The notes: generated by a model not told the origin, from the letters alone. Positions 19,691-30,089 are shown, counted from the stretch's first letter. The stretch is DNA of 64,000 bases from Nitrososphaeria archaeon (GCA_029775925.1 JARVKB010000004.1:3925-67924); one strand, 5' to 3'. Program-made: numbers and translations.

Positions 19691-20200
19691 TCATTCCCAT
19701 GGAAACTTTCCAAACTTTTTATAATATTCTATAAGGCCGCCAACCTCGAGCATTCTCTCTAAGAAATCAGGTTGTTTGTTTATTTTTATAACCTTACCAT
19801 TCGAAAGATTTTTGACCGTTCCTTCCTTCAAATCCAACTCTATTAAATCACCTTCATTAGTTTCTTTTGAAATACCTTTACAAACAATTGCTGGAAGACC
19901 TATATTTATAGCGTTTCTATAAAATATCCTTGCAAAGCTCTCTGCTATGACCGCAGAAATTCCACAGGCTTTAATAGCTACAGGAGCTTGCTCTCTACTT
20001 GATCCACAGCCAAAATTTCTTCCTGCAACGATGAAATCACCTTTTTTGACTTTCTTAGAAAATTCAGGATCGATTCCTTCCATGCAATGCTCGGCTAACT
20101 CTTTTGGATCTATGCTTCTCGCTTTATACTTATAAGGTATTATAACATCTGTATCAATATTGTCGGAAAATTTCCAAACTCTTCCTATCAAAGATATCAC
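19691..20200 (-). CDS. leuD: isopropylmalate/homoaconitate dehydratase small subunit
   Basis: [27 protein letters not shown]. Confidence 0.92.
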   Translation of the reverse strand: MISLIGRVWKFSDNIDTDVIIPYKYKARSIDPKELAEHCMEGIDPEFSKKVKKGDFIVAGRNFGCGSSREQAPVAIKACGISAVIAESFARIFYRNAINIGLPAIVCKGISKETNEGDLIELDLKEGTVKNLSNGKVIKINKQPDFLERMLEVGGLIEYYKKFGKFPWE

Positions 20201-21516
20201 CTCAAATAATCTCTCGGATCTGCTATTTTTCCTTTGATGGCTGAAGCGATTACTGTTGCCGGAGATGCCAGATAAACTTTAGATTCAGTTGAACCCATTC
20301 TTCCTATGAAATTTCTGTTACTACTTGATATACAAACTTCACCAGCTCCGAGTACACCACAATGAGTACCAACACATGCTCCACAAGTTGGGGATGTTAT
20401 AAAGGCTCCAGCTTCCATCAAGATATTTGCTATCTCATTCCTTAAAGCGAATTTATAAACTGACTTTGATGCTGGTGTAACTATAAGTCTTACACCTTCT
20501 TTCACTTTTCTACCCTTGAGCATCCTTGCAGCTATCATAAGGTCTTCGGGTCTAGCGTTCGTACAGCTTCCAAGAAAAGCTTGATCTATAGGTATTCCCT
20601 CAACTTCTCTAACAGGTTTAACATTATCGACGCTATTGGGTAATGCTACATAAGGCTCCATTTGTTCCACATCTTCTTCCAAAACTTTATCGTATATTGC
20701 TTCTTTACCTGCATGTACCTCGAGCATCGGCTCCCTTCCCAAAGCCATCAAATATTCTTTTGTAACATTGTCCATTTCGACTATTCCTGCTTTAGCTCCT
20801 GCTTCAGTGGTCATGTTACAAAGAGTTGCTCTAGAGTCTATTGAAAACTCTTTTATTACACTACCTGTAAACTCTATAGTCTTATAATTCGCTCCTTCAC
20901 ATGAAATTTTTCCTATTGTAAATAGAATCAAATCCTTAGCATATACGCCCTTTGGTAAACTACCGTTGAATATAACTTTTATAGACTCAGGAACTTTTAA
21001 CCAAATCTTACCGCCAGCCCATATGGCAGCTATCTCTGTGCTTCCCATACCGGTAGCGAAAGCACCCAAACATCCTTGGGTATTTGTATGAGAATCTGCA
21101 CCTATTATCAGCATTCCTGGTACTACGAATTTCTCAATCATATATTGATGGCATATATTCCCTTCTTGTATGTGACATCCTTGAGCTTTTGCAAACTTTC
21201 TCATAATTGAATGGAAATTGGCTATCTGCTCAGAAGAAGAAGGATAGGTATGATCTATGTGCAAAATGACTTTGCTGCTATCCCATACATTTTTTATCCC
21301 TAATTCGTTAAGAACCTTTATGGCTAAGGGCGCAGTTCCATCATGAGCCATTGACAAGTCGACTTTTGCCACCATTATCTCATTTGCATTCGCTACTTTT
21401 CCTGGCTCATCAGACCTTTTTAGAGAGAGGATCTTTTCGCTGAAGGTCAGCCCTTCATCTGCCAAAACTTTATCCTGAAAATCTTTATTGGCTATATTCA
21501 TGCGCTGCATTATCAA
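20197..21516 (-). CDS. leuC: isopropylmalate/homoaconitate dehydratase large subunit
   Basis: DSHT, GSCTN, CGAC, SNRNF.GRMG. Confidence 0.92.
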   Translation of the reverse strand: MIMQRMNIANKDFQDKVLADEGLTFSEKILSLKRSDEPGKVANANEIMVAKVDLSMAHDGTAPLAIKVLNELGIKNVWDSSKVILHIDHTYPSSSEQIANFHSIMRKFAKAQGCHIQEGNICHQYMIEKFVVPGMLIIGADSHTNTQGCLGAFATGMGSTEIAAIWAGGKIWLKVPESIKVIFNGSLPKGVYAKDLILFTIGKISCEGANYKTIEFTGSVIKEFSIDSRATLCNMTTEAGAKAGIVEMDNVTKEYLMALGREPMLEVHAGKEAIYDKVLEEDVEQMEPYVALPNSVDNVKPVREVEGIPIDQAFLGSCTNARPEDLMIAARMLKGRKVKEGVRLIVTPASKSVYKFALRNEIANILMEAGAFITSPTCGACVGTHCGVLGAGEVCISSSNRNFIGRMGSTESKVYLASPATVIASAIKGKIADPRDYLR

Positions 21517-21691
21517 AGACCCTATTTACAATTGTTGATAAACTCTTCGGTAATACAATTTATAGCATTTCATAAAAATAAAATTTATGTAATAAACATC
21601 CTTCATGAACAGGCAGAATTCTAATTTATGATCCGACCTATGGTAAATAATTATGGTCCATCATAATAAGTACTGATAATGTAACTATTTT

Positions 21692-22288
21692 TTATTTCTT
21701 AGAAGCTTCATCGAATCTATTTGCAACTATAGACCAATCTATTGCTTTAAAAAATGCTTCGATATAGTCTGCTCGCTTTAATCCATAATCAATCATAAAT
21801 GCATGCTCAAAAACATCCATGATCAATATTGGAATAGTTCCAGAAAGATGACCTACATCATGTTCGTTAATCCATGCATTAAGGAGTCGATCAGCCATTT
21901 TATCGTAATAAAGAACTACCCAACCTATCCCGCGCATCGTACCAGTGCTCTTGAAATCTTTCTCCCAATTTTCATATGTTCTAAAATCCTCTGTAATCTT
22001 TTTGAATAGTTTTGAATTCTTATCAAGTTCTTTACCATCTTTTATCATATTTCCAAAATAGTATTCATGAAGTCTCATCCCATTGAATTCCCATCCAAAC
22101 CTTCGCTTCAATTCTGCGTATTCTAGAGTGCTTGTCTTTCCTTCTTTTAAAAGTGCATCCAACAATTCAGCTATTTTATTTGTGTTGTTAACATAGCCTT
22201 GGTACAGTGTAAAATGGTTTTTTAATAGCTGATCGCTAAAACCTTTAGTCCCTAGCAAATGCTCAAAATTCTTAGCTTCGTACGGCAT
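21692..22288 (-). CDS. sod: Fe/Mn superoxide dismutase
   Basis: HFTLYQGY, LHEYYF, DVFEHAF. Confidence 0.92.
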   Translation of the reverse strand: MPYEAKNFEHLLGTKGFSDQLLKNHFTLYQGYVNNTNKIAELLDALLKEGKTSTLEYAELKRRFGWEFNGMRLHEYYFGNMIKDGKELDKNSKLFKKITEDFRTYENWEKDFKSTGTMRGIGWVVLYYDKMADRLLNAWINEHDVGHLSGTIPILIMDVFEHAFMIDYGLKRADYIEAFFKAIDWSIVANRFDEASKK

Positions 22289-22305
22289 ATTCTCACTAAT
22301 ATAAA

Positions 22306-22758
22306 TTAATCGGTTCTTGATAAAAGAATTTTCAACTCAGATATATGTTCTTGTTCATCCATGATGACATGCCTTACATCATGTTCTAATGTTAAATGTT
22401 CGTAAGGTAAACTATCCTTCAGTTCGTTTATTCTCTTTAGAATGCCTGTATAAACATCGACTGCGTGTTTCTCATCCTTAAGGTTCACTTCTAGAATCTC
22501 TTGTATGTTTTTTGCACTATGTGTTTCTGCCATGCTCATTGTTGGCTCTCCGTCAAGCATGCTTATCAATTTTCTGAAAATATCTTCATGTTTTTTCTCA
22601 TCTTCTGCAATCTCTTTTAGCCTTTCGATGATTGGTTCTGCGTTCAATCCACTCACAAGCTCTGCATGAGCCAAGTACTGTATCCTTGCAGCATGCTCAA
22701 GTTGTAAGGCTTGATTCAACAATTTAATTATTTCTTCTTTTACTTTTGTTCTTTCCAT
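22306..22758 (-). CDS. ferritin/bacterioferritin-like protein
   Basis: EH...DEKKH...DE...DEQEH di-iron pattern. Confidence 0.88.
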   Translation of the reverse strand: MERTKVKEEIIKLLNQALQLEHAARIQYLAHAELVSGLNAEPIIERLKEIAEDEKKHEDIFRKLISMLDGEPTMSMAETHSAKNIQEILEVNLKDEKHAVDVYTGILKRINELKDSLPYEHLTLEHDVRHVIMDEQEHISELKILLSRTD

Positions 22759-22909
22759 AGGTCTTTTTATAAAAAGCTTTTTTATATTCTTTACTAAAAA
22801 TTGTTAAAAATAAGCCATAAAGACAAATTTATACATTATTCATAAGAAAATATTATATTGCTTTTGTTTTAGATTAAAGTTTAAAATCATGTGATACAAA
22901 ATCATAACT

Positions 22910-23500
22910 ATGAGCTTTACAGAAGAAGAAATAAAGAGGGCAGCAGATCTAAGACTGTGGATAGAAACAAGAATCTCTGAGCTAGAGAGAGAAATTGAGA
23001 AATTAAGAGAGGCTTTGTCAATAATAGATAGCATATTGCGTACTACAAGCTTTAAAGTAGCATTGGAGCTCGCTCCCCAGCCCGTCTCTAAAGAGGAACC
23101 TGTTATGATAGTTGCTGAAAAGTTAAAACCATCTGAGGAAGAATTCAAAGAAGTCCGTCAACTGAAGAGAAGTAAAGATGGCTATATATTGGGTAATGCA
23201 TATATTTCAAACTCAAAGTTAGTAATAATCCCTGCGAGTGATGTTAGATTAGAAGTTTCTACACCTCCCTTTAAGTCATTCTTTATAAATAGAATACTTG
23301 AAGGGATGAAAAGTAAGGATCAAGAAAGTTTGTCACAAGGCAAGATAAAAAGCGAAGAAATGATAAATTATAGTGTTGAAGAAGAAAATAACGTGATAAA
23401 GAAAATCATAATAGAAAATTATAGAGATAAGAACAGGTTAAATGAGATTATAAACACCATCACATGGGCTTTTACAAGAATGTTGGAGAAGACAAAATAA
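22910..23500 (+). CDS. conserved hypothetical protein (N-terminal coiled coil)
   Basis: 196 aa; TPPFKSFF and WAFTRMLE; upstream of rps3ae. Confidence 0.8.
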   Translation: MSFTEEEIKRAADLRLWIETRISELEREIEKLREALSIIDSILRTTSFKVALELAPQPVSKEEPVMIVAEKLKPSEEEFKEVRQLKRSKDGYILGNAYISNSKLVIIPASDVRLEVSTPPFKSFFINRILEGMKSKDQESLSQGKIKSEEMINYSVEEENNVIKKIIIENYRDKNRLNEIINTITWAFTRMLEKTK

Positions 23501-23543
23501 ATTGAAGCAATTTATATTTAGTAAGTTTTAAGAGCCTGAATCG

Positions 23544-24185
23544 ATGGAGGTTAAAGTCATGGTCAAGACTAAGAAGGTTAAAGTCAAAGACAAATGGCGT
23601 GAAAAGAGATGGTTGATGGTTGAGGCTCCTGAGAGTTTTGGAGGTATGGTCCTTGCTTCTATTCCTACTACAGATCCCGATAAGGCTGTAGGAAGGGTTT
23701 TAGAGACAACGCTTTTTGACTTATTAAAACAAGATATTCAACAATATACAATAAAATTATACTTCCAAATAGTAAAAGTGGAAGGCGACCGAGCTTTCAC
23801 AATCTTAAAGGGCCAAGAATATTCAAGGGATTATTTAAGAAGTCTTGTCCGGCGCGGTTCATCTATGGTCAACATGATAAGGGATTACACAACAAAAGAC
23901 GGCTTTAAGGTTAGGGTGTATGTTGTAGCCTTCACACAATTCAGAATAAACTCTTCGAGGAAAAGGGGGATAAGAGAAGCTGCCGATAAAGTTGTAAGTG
24001 ATAAAGCAAAGAATATGACATATGATCAATTTTCACAAGAAGTCGTTTATGGAAAGATGGCCACAGACATACTGAGTGAAGCGAAAAAGATAACTCCGCT
24101 AAGGCACATCGGGATTAGAAAGATGAAATTAATATCTAGTGGAAAACCCGAAATAAAAGTGGAGCAAGTCACACAAACCGCCTAA
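23544..24185 (+). CDS. rps3ae: 30S ribosomal protein S3Ae (eS1)
   Basis: DKWREKRW, GRVLETTL, RSLVRRGSS. Confidence 0.96.
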   Translation: MEVKVMVKTKKVKVKDKWREKRWLMVEAPESFGGMVLASIPTTDPDKAVGRVLETTLFDLLKQDIQQYTIKLYFQIVKVEGDRAFTILKGQEYSRDYLRSLVRRGSSMVNMIRDYTTKDGFKVRVYVVAFTQFRINSSRKRGIREAADKVVSDKAKNMTYDQFSQEVVYGKMATDILSEAKKITPLRHIGIRKMKLISSGKPEIKVEQVTQTA

Positions 24186-24190
24186 TTATC

Positions 24191-25396
24191 TTAACCTCTC
24201 TTAGCAGTCGATACAATTTTTATCACATCTTTATCCTTTAATATGTAATCGGCACTGAGACGATTTCCTCTTTTTGCATCTATAGCATACAAGAAACCTT
24301 CGCCCAACTCTGTATGGATTTTATATGCTAAGTCTCTAGCAGTAGAACCTTCCCTCATGACATATGCATCTGGTAAAACACGCCCTGATTTATCTGAGAA
24401 TTTTTTTTCATCTTCAACAGGATAAACCACGATGCTTTTTAGCAAGTCAAAGTATGCAGAATTGATTATTTTTTGAACGCCTGTACTGCCCCATGGCTTA
24501 AGGATTTTTTCATTTACAAGATCGAAAGCCTTTTTTTGCTCTGATGTCAGTTTATCAGGGTTAACGATACGGAACGAACTATCTCCTGGTATATATTCTA
24601 TTAAGCCTTTCTCAGCTGCTCTTCTTAAAAGTAGCTCTGCCTCGGCTGCACAAGGTATGACCAAACGTTTTTTAGCTTTCAACCTCTCTATATTCTTTGC
24701 TGATGTGGGTAAGTCGGCCTTGTTGGCGGCTATGATTATGGGCTTTGATGTCAATCTTATATAACGGCATAGATTGAAAAGGTCTTCATCAGTCCATGAA
24801 GCCGGTTTTTCACGAATTAGTTTAAGAGCATCTATAGATCCAATTATCTGTTTTTCTGTTATCGATAATCCACTAAGCCTCTCTGCAATCATGGTGCTTA
24901 TCTTCCCAGTGCCAGCCTCAGCAGTACGAGATATCCTTTGCCAGTCCCTTTTGATGATTTGCAATAACCATAAATCAAACTCTTTCTCTACAAAATCAAC
25001 ATCCAATAAAGGGTCATGGGTACCTAAAGCAATAATTCTACCTTCTTCGTCAGTCCCTCCAGAAGCATCCACAACATGAATTAACGCATCAGCCCTTCTT
25101 AAATCATCTAAAAATTTATTTCCTAAGCCTCTACCCTTCCAAGCATCCGGAACTAATCCTGCAACATCCACTAATTCTACAGGTATAAAGCGATTACCAT
25201 TAATGCAAATTGAATTGATAGGATTATCTTTGACTCCTAATTCTTTATGCACACAATCAACTCTCAAATAAGTTATGCCTACGTTAGGATTGATCGTAGT
25301 AAAAGGATAGCTTGCTACTTGTGCATGTGATAAAGTTGCAGCATTAAAGAATGTAGTCTTACCAGTGTTAGGCTTACCTATTATACCTACTCTCAT
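24191..25396 (-). CDS. ychF: YchF/Obg-family GTPase
   Basis: GKPNTGKT, YPFTTI, DVAG, NKAD, TGS domain. Confidence 0.94.
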   Translation of the reverse strand: MRVGIIGKPNTGKTTFFNAATLSHAQVASYPFTTINPNVGITYLRVDCVHKELGVKDNPINSICINGNRFIPVELVDVAGLVPDAWKGRGLGNKFLDDLRRADALIHVVDASGGTDEEGRIIALGTHDPLLDVDFVEKEFDLWLLQIIKRDWQRISRTAEAGTGKISTMIAERLSGLSITEKQIIGSIDALKLIREKPASWTDEDLFNLCRYIRLTSKPIIIAANKADLPTSAKNIERLKAKKRLVIPCAAEAELLLRRAAEKGLIEYIPGDSSFRIVNPDKLTSEQKKAFDLVNEKILKPWGSTGVQKIINSAYFDLLKSIVVYPVEDEKKFSDKSGRVLPDAYVMREGSTARDLAYKIHTELGEGFLYAIDAKRGNRLSADYILKDKDVIKIVSTAKRG

Positions 25397-25451
25397 TAGT
25401 TTGATTTATGATTGGTCATATATTAATAAACTTGGTCTTTGAATTTAACTA

Positions 25452-26990
25452 TTAACAAGGCTCTATAGTTGATGGTGGCTTTGAGGATATAGCATAAGAT
25501 ACCCACGTTACGTTAGGTACTTCATTTGTAATTCTATTGCTAATCTTCTCTAAAATTTCATAGGGTAATTTGACCCAATTAGCAGTCATACCATCTACAG
25601 ATTCAACCACTCTTATCGTAACTATATGCCCAAATATTTTCTTATCACCTACTACTCCTACTGCCTTATCATCCCCTACTATGGCAAAGGCTTGCCAAAC
25701 CTTATCATAAAGACCTGCTCTCTTCAATTCATCTTCAACTATATAGTTTGCTTCTCTACATATCTTTATCTTCTCTTCAGTTACTTCGCCCATTATCCTA
25801 ACAGATAAGCCTGGTCCTGGAAAAGGATGTCTTCTTATGATATCTTCTGGCAATCCTAGTAAACGAGCTACTTTTCTAACTTCATCTTTGTACAGCATTC
25901 TTAATGGTTCTAATAGTTTAAATTCCATCCAGTCAGGAAGACCTGCAACATTATGATGAGTCTTTATTCTCGATGCAATACTGCCTGCTTTAGCACTTTC
26001 TATTACATCAGGGTATAGGGTTCCTTGGGCAAGCCATTGAAAACCTCCAAGATTTTTGCTTTCTTCAGTAAAAACTTTAATGAATTCTTCTCCTATTATT
26101 CTTCGTTTTTCTTCTGGATCGTTTACCCCCTTTAATCTACTTAAGAACCTTTTAGATGCATCGATGTAGATCAAATTCATCTTAAAGTTATCATTAAATA
26201 TCTTAATTATCTGCTGAGCTTCATCCTTTCTTAAAAGACCATGATCTATAAAGATACAAGTGAGATTTTCTCCTATAGCCCTATAAATTAAAGCAGCTGT
26301 AGTAAAAGAATCGATACCACCACTCAAAGCACAAAGAACTTTTTCATTTCCTACTTTGCATTTTATTTCAGATATTGCTTTTTCTATAAATGACTCTATT
26401 TTCCATGTTGACTTACAATTACATATGTTAAAGATAAAATTCTTAAGAATATCAATGCCTCTCTCTGTATGGAAAACTTCAGGATGAAACTGAAGACCGA
26501 AGATTTTCTTATCTTTACTTCTCATAGCTGCAATAGGACTGTTCTCTGATTCCGCTATAACATCAAAGCCTTTTGGGACACTATCAACGTAATCTCCATG
26601 ACTCATCCAGACTATAGTTTTATCATTAAATCCTTGAAAAAGATCAGATTTATCTTTAATGATAAGTTCTGTCTTCCCATACTCTCTCTTCTTACCTTTT
26701 TTCACAGATCCACCTAAAATATAGGCAATAATTTGCATGCCATAACATATACCAAGGATAGGTATTCCTAAATCGAAAATCTTCTTATCACATAAAGGAG
26801 CATCTTTATCATAAACACTAGCAGGGCTTCCAGATAAAACTATTCCTTTAGGATCCATTAAGGTTAACTCTTTTGCAGGAGTATCGAAAGGAAATATATC
26901 CGATCTAACTTCATTCTCTCTTATACGCCTAGCTATTAGATGCGTATATTGGCTTCCGAAATCAAGTACGGCTATTATATCTTCCATCAT
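25452..26990 (-). CDS. guaA: GMP synthase (fused GATase + ATP pyrophosphatase)
   Basis: DFGSQY, GICYG, HPEV, SGGIDS, HPFPGPG. Confidence 0.97.
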   Translation of the reverse strand: MMEDIIAVLDFGSQYTHLIARRIRENEVRSDIFPFDTPAKELTLMDPKGIVLSGSPASVYDKDAPLCDKKIFDLGIPILGICYGMQIIAYILGGSVKKGKKREYGKTELIIKDKSDLFQGFNDKTIVWMSHGDYVDSVPKGFDVIAESENSPIAAMRSKDKKIFGLQFHPEVFHTERGIDILKNFIFNICNCKSTWKIESFIEKAISEIKCKVGNEKVLCALSGGIDSFTTAALIYRAIGENLTCIFIDHGLLRKDEAQQIIKIFNDNFKMNLIYIDASKRFLSRLKGVNDPEEKRRIIGEEFIKVFTEESKNLGGFQWLAQGTLYPDVIESAKAGSIASRIKTHHNVAGLPDWMEFKLLEPLRMLYKDEVRKVARLLGLPEDIIRRHPFPGPGLSVRIMGEVTEEKIKICREANYIVEDELKRAGLYDKVWQAFAIVGDDKAVGVVGDKKIFGHIVTIRVVESVDGMTANWVKLPYEILEKISNRITNEVPNVTWVSYAISSKPPSTIEPC

Positions 26991-27120
26991 GTGCTATTAT
27001 ATTCTAAAACACTAAAATAAGAGCATTTTGAAGTATTTCTAATGCTAGCGTGGTTTTTTCCTGTTATAAGAAAACTATTAAATTCGTAAGGAATTCTTGG
27101 TACACTTGTCAAATTATCTA

Positions 27121-27271
27121 TTAACACATCTTGTTAAGAAGATCTAAGATTTCTTCGGTAATAATCAATCTTTAAGTTCAGGTTGTTTTTTATACCTTTA
27201 CGGGATTCGATCAAATTAAACTTCTTCGCTAAGTTGCCTTCCAAGACAACTCTTATTACTATTTTTATCAC
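27121..27271 (-). pseudogene. frameshifted ribbon-helix-helix-like regulator remnant
   Basis: GTG-start IRVVLEGNLAKKFNLIESRKGIKNN continues as EL.RLIITEE only after two 1-nt shifts. Confidence 0.45.
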
Positions 27272-27335
27272 TTAAAGTGTCTCTTTGTCCCGTTTTAACA
27301 CCTTAAGTCCTAAAAAGAGACAAAAAGTATATAAA
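27271..27335 (+). promoter_or_regulatory. interleaved inverted repeats plus BRE/TATA of the glutamate-synthase-like operon
   Basis: CTTAAAGTGT/ACACCTTAAG and TGTCTCTTT/AAAGAGACA; TATATAAA at 27328. Confidence 0.55.
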
Positions 27336-27359
27336 CTTTAGAGAAGAGAAGCCTAGTTT

Positions 27360-27497
27360 ATGATAAAAAGTAGTATAGAAGATATAGGGATTGATCAGAC
27401 CGAGAAAATCCTGAGAGTCTCGGATAGGGTAAAAACCCCCAGCATTAGGCTCTCTATACAGGAATCAAAGAACCTCTTGAGACTCTGGAAAAGATGA
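27360..27497 (+). CDS. putative 45-aa leader peptide (or structured leader RNA)
   Basis: ATG about 30 nt after the TATA box; open to TGA at 27497. Confidence 0.35.
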   Translation: MIKSSIEDIGIDQTEKILRVSDRVKTPSIRLSIQESKNLLRLWKR

Positions 27498-27527
27498 GAA
27501 AGAATTGCACTAAACTTTGGTGAGATA

Positions 27528-29135
27528 ATGACAGAACGAGTTTTAAGGAATTCTTCTTATCTAAATGGAAAGTCTACAGTTGGAACTACAACGAGGGTTA
27601 AGGATGTTAGCCCTACGAGTGGTATGTGTCCAATCTGCATAAGAAACTGTCCAATTTTATGTGAGATAAGCCTTTCAGCTTTTAGAGGACGAGAAGCCCT
27701 TTATCCTGATCCTACTCAATATGGAACTAGCACAGCTGGAGCCCTCAAAGATTTTAGACTAGATTGGTCAGACTTTAACATACAATCAGATTTATTGAAT
27801 GTCGAAGGAATAGCTCCTGATCCTGATGTAGCTCTATTCCCTAACGTTAAACTTGAAACCAAAGTTGGAGGAATTTCCCTCAAGTTACCAATAGTGATAG
27901 GTGCTTACGGATCAACCGATGTAGCAAGACTGAACTGGGATGGACTAGCGATTGGAGCTGCTCTGTCTGGAATCATAATAACTATTGGTGAAAATGTAGT
28001 TGGGATGGATCCAGAAGCCAAGATCGATTCAGGGAAGGTAACCTTCTCCAAGGAACTGAAAAGGAGAGTAGATGTTTTCAGAGAATTCTGGGATGGTAAA
28101 TATGGAGAGGTAGCCGTTCAAACAAATGTTGAAGATCAAAGGCTAGGAGTCGATACATACGCCATTTCGAAGCTTGAGGTCAATATAATAGAAAGGAAGT
28201 GGGGGCAAGGAGCCAAGGCTATAGGTGGCGAGACTAGAATCAATGAATTAAATAAGGCATTATTGCTAAAGAGAAGAGGGTATTTGGTAATCCCTGATCC
28301 AGAGGATAAATCAGTTCAAGAAGCCTTCAAAGATGGTGTCTTTCATAGTTTTGAGAGACATAGCAGGGTTGGAATACCCAATGAGAAGAGTTTTATCGAG
28401 GATATTGAATGGCTCAGGGAACAAGGAGCTAAGAAAGTTTTCCTAAAGACTGGAGCTTATAGGCCTTCAGTAGTGGCTTTTACCATGAAAGTTGCTTCAG
28501 AAGCAAGAATTGATGCTGTTACGTTTGATGGAGCAGGTGGAGGAACTGGCATGAGCCCAGTTCCTATGATGGATGAAATGAGTACTCCTACTGTATATCT
28601 ACAGGCACAAGTCATGAAGTGTGCAGAAATCTTAAGAAAGAAGGGAAGATACATACCTGATATAATAATGGCTGGTGGCTTCATAAGTGAAACACAAATA
28701 TTCAAATCCATAGCTATGAGTAATTTTGGTGAGGGTCCTTACGTAAAAGCGATACTAATGGCAAGAGCCCCTCTAACAGCAGTAATGAAGTCATCTTATT
28801 TTGTCGAACTATCCGAAAAAGGGCAGTTGCCAAAGACTTTTGCAGATAGATATGGTTCAAAACCTGAAAACTTCTTTATTTCCACAACGGAGCTTAAGAG
28901 GAAAATTGGCGATAGGTTCAGAAAAGTACCATGGTCCGCAGTAGGACTCTACGGTTTCCTTCATGATAGGATAGGAGTTGGTTTACAACAGTTAATGGCT
29001 GGTGCAAGAAAGTGGAACTTAAGTTTGTTGAATAGGGGAGATCTAGTTTCTCTCACAGAGAGGGCAAAAAGGGTTACTGGTATTCCTTTAGTCGAGGAAG
29101 CAGAAGCAGATATAATGGAAAGAATGCTCGAATAA
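27528..29135 (+). CDS. FMN-binding glutamate synthase-related protein
   Basis: N-terminal CPICIRNCPILC, KWGQGAK, DGAGGGTG, MAGG. Confidence 0.88.
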   Translation: MTERVLRNSSYLNGKSTVGTTTRVKDVSPTSGMCPICIRNCPILCEISLSAFRGREALYPDPTQYGTSTAGALKDFRLDWSDFNIQSDLLNVEGIAPDPDVALFPNVKLETKVGGISLKLPIVIGAYGSTDVARLNWDGLAIGAALSGIIITIGENVVGMDPEAKIDSGKVTFSKELKRRVDVFREFWDGKYGEVAVQTNVEDQRLGVDTYAISKLEVNIIERKWGQGAKAIGGETRINELNKALLLKRRGYLVIPDPEDKSVQEAFKDGVFHSFERHSRVGIPNEKSFIEDIEWLREQGAKKVFLKTGAYRPSVVAFTMKVASEARIDAVTFDGAGGGTGMSPVPMMDEMSTPTVYLQAQVMKCAEILRKKGRYIPDIIMAGGFISETQIFKSIAMSNFGEGPYVKAILMARAPLTAVMKSSYFVELSEKGQLPKTFADRYGSKPENFFISTTELKRKIGDRFRKVPWSAVGLYGFLHDRIGVGLQQLMAGARKWNLSLLNRGDLVSLTERAKRVTGIPLVEEAEADIMERMLE

Positions 29136-29174
29136 ATTTCTTCTTTTATTTTTTATTTTAATGGTGAAGAAAAA

Positions 29175-30089
29175 ATCTGCGGTATAATTGGCCTTTCAAT
29201 TTGTAATGATAAGGATACTCGACTTGGAAAGCTATTAATCAAAATGATGGATGCTCTTCAGCATCGTGGGAAGGATTCTGCAGGCATAGCTATATATAAC
29301 AAAAGTCCTTCCGCTAGTGATGAATACATACTGAGACTATTTACTCAAGATGTTATAGGGGCTGCCAGCCAAGTCTCAACTGCTATAGCAAAAGCAGGCG
29401 GAGACATCAGAAGCATCCAGTTAAATCACGTTAACGGCTTTGGGTTTGATAGATATTTAATCAAGACAAGAAAAGAAAATCTCGAAGAAATAGTCCACGA
29501 AATCAATTCAACCAAAGTTTCTCGAGTTCTCAGTGTAGGACGTTCTATGGAGATAATAAAGGATGTTTGTACTGTAGAAGAATTAGATAAAAGGTTTAAG
29601 ATTTCTAATTTAAATGGGACTCATGGAATCGGACATGTACGCTTCTCTACTGAAAGTAAAGTGGACCTCTTTCATGCTCATCCTTTCCAGTCTTTCAATT
29701 ATCCAGATATAGCTGTTGTCCATAACGGGCAGATCACAAACTATTATAAAACAAGAGATAAGCTTGAGAGAAGAGGACATAAATTTGAGACAGAGAACGA
29801 TTCAGAGCTAATCGTCCATTATGTAGCTGATAAACTTGAGAATGGTTCAGACCTTGAGGAAGCTTTGAGTGAATCTGTGAAAGACCTTGATGGACCTTTC
29901 TCTTACATAATTTCAACGTCAGATGCTATAGGTGTAGCAAAAGACAAGTTAGGATTAAGGCCAGCTCTTGTAATGGAAAGTGATGAAATCTTTGCTATTG
30001 CATCTGAAGAGGTTGCTCTAAGAACCCTTGAGCATATTGGAACTATCCGTAATTTAAAGCCAGGAGAGGTGTTGACATGGAGAAAGTAG
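29175..30089 (+). CDS. class II glutamine amidotransferase (GltB N-terminal domain) with ACT-like insert
   Basis: (M)CGIIG..QHRGKDSAG, GHVRFST, HPF, HNGQI, DSE; inferred ATC start after GGTGA. Confidence 0.85.
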   Translation: MCGIIGLSICNDKDTRLGKLLIKMMDALQHRGKDSAGIAIYNKSPSASDEYILRLFTQDVIGAASQVSTAIAKAGGDIRSIQLNHVNGFGFDRYLIKTRKENLEEIVHEINSTKVSRVLSVGRSMEIIKDVCTVEELDKRFKISNLNGTHGIGHVRFSTESKVDLFHAHPFQSFNYPDIAVVHNGQITNYYKTRDKLERRGHKFETENDSELIVHYVADKLENGSDLEEALSESVKDLDGPFSYIISTSDAIGVAKDKLGLRPALVMESDEIFAIASEEVALRTLEHIGTIRNLKPGEVLTWRK

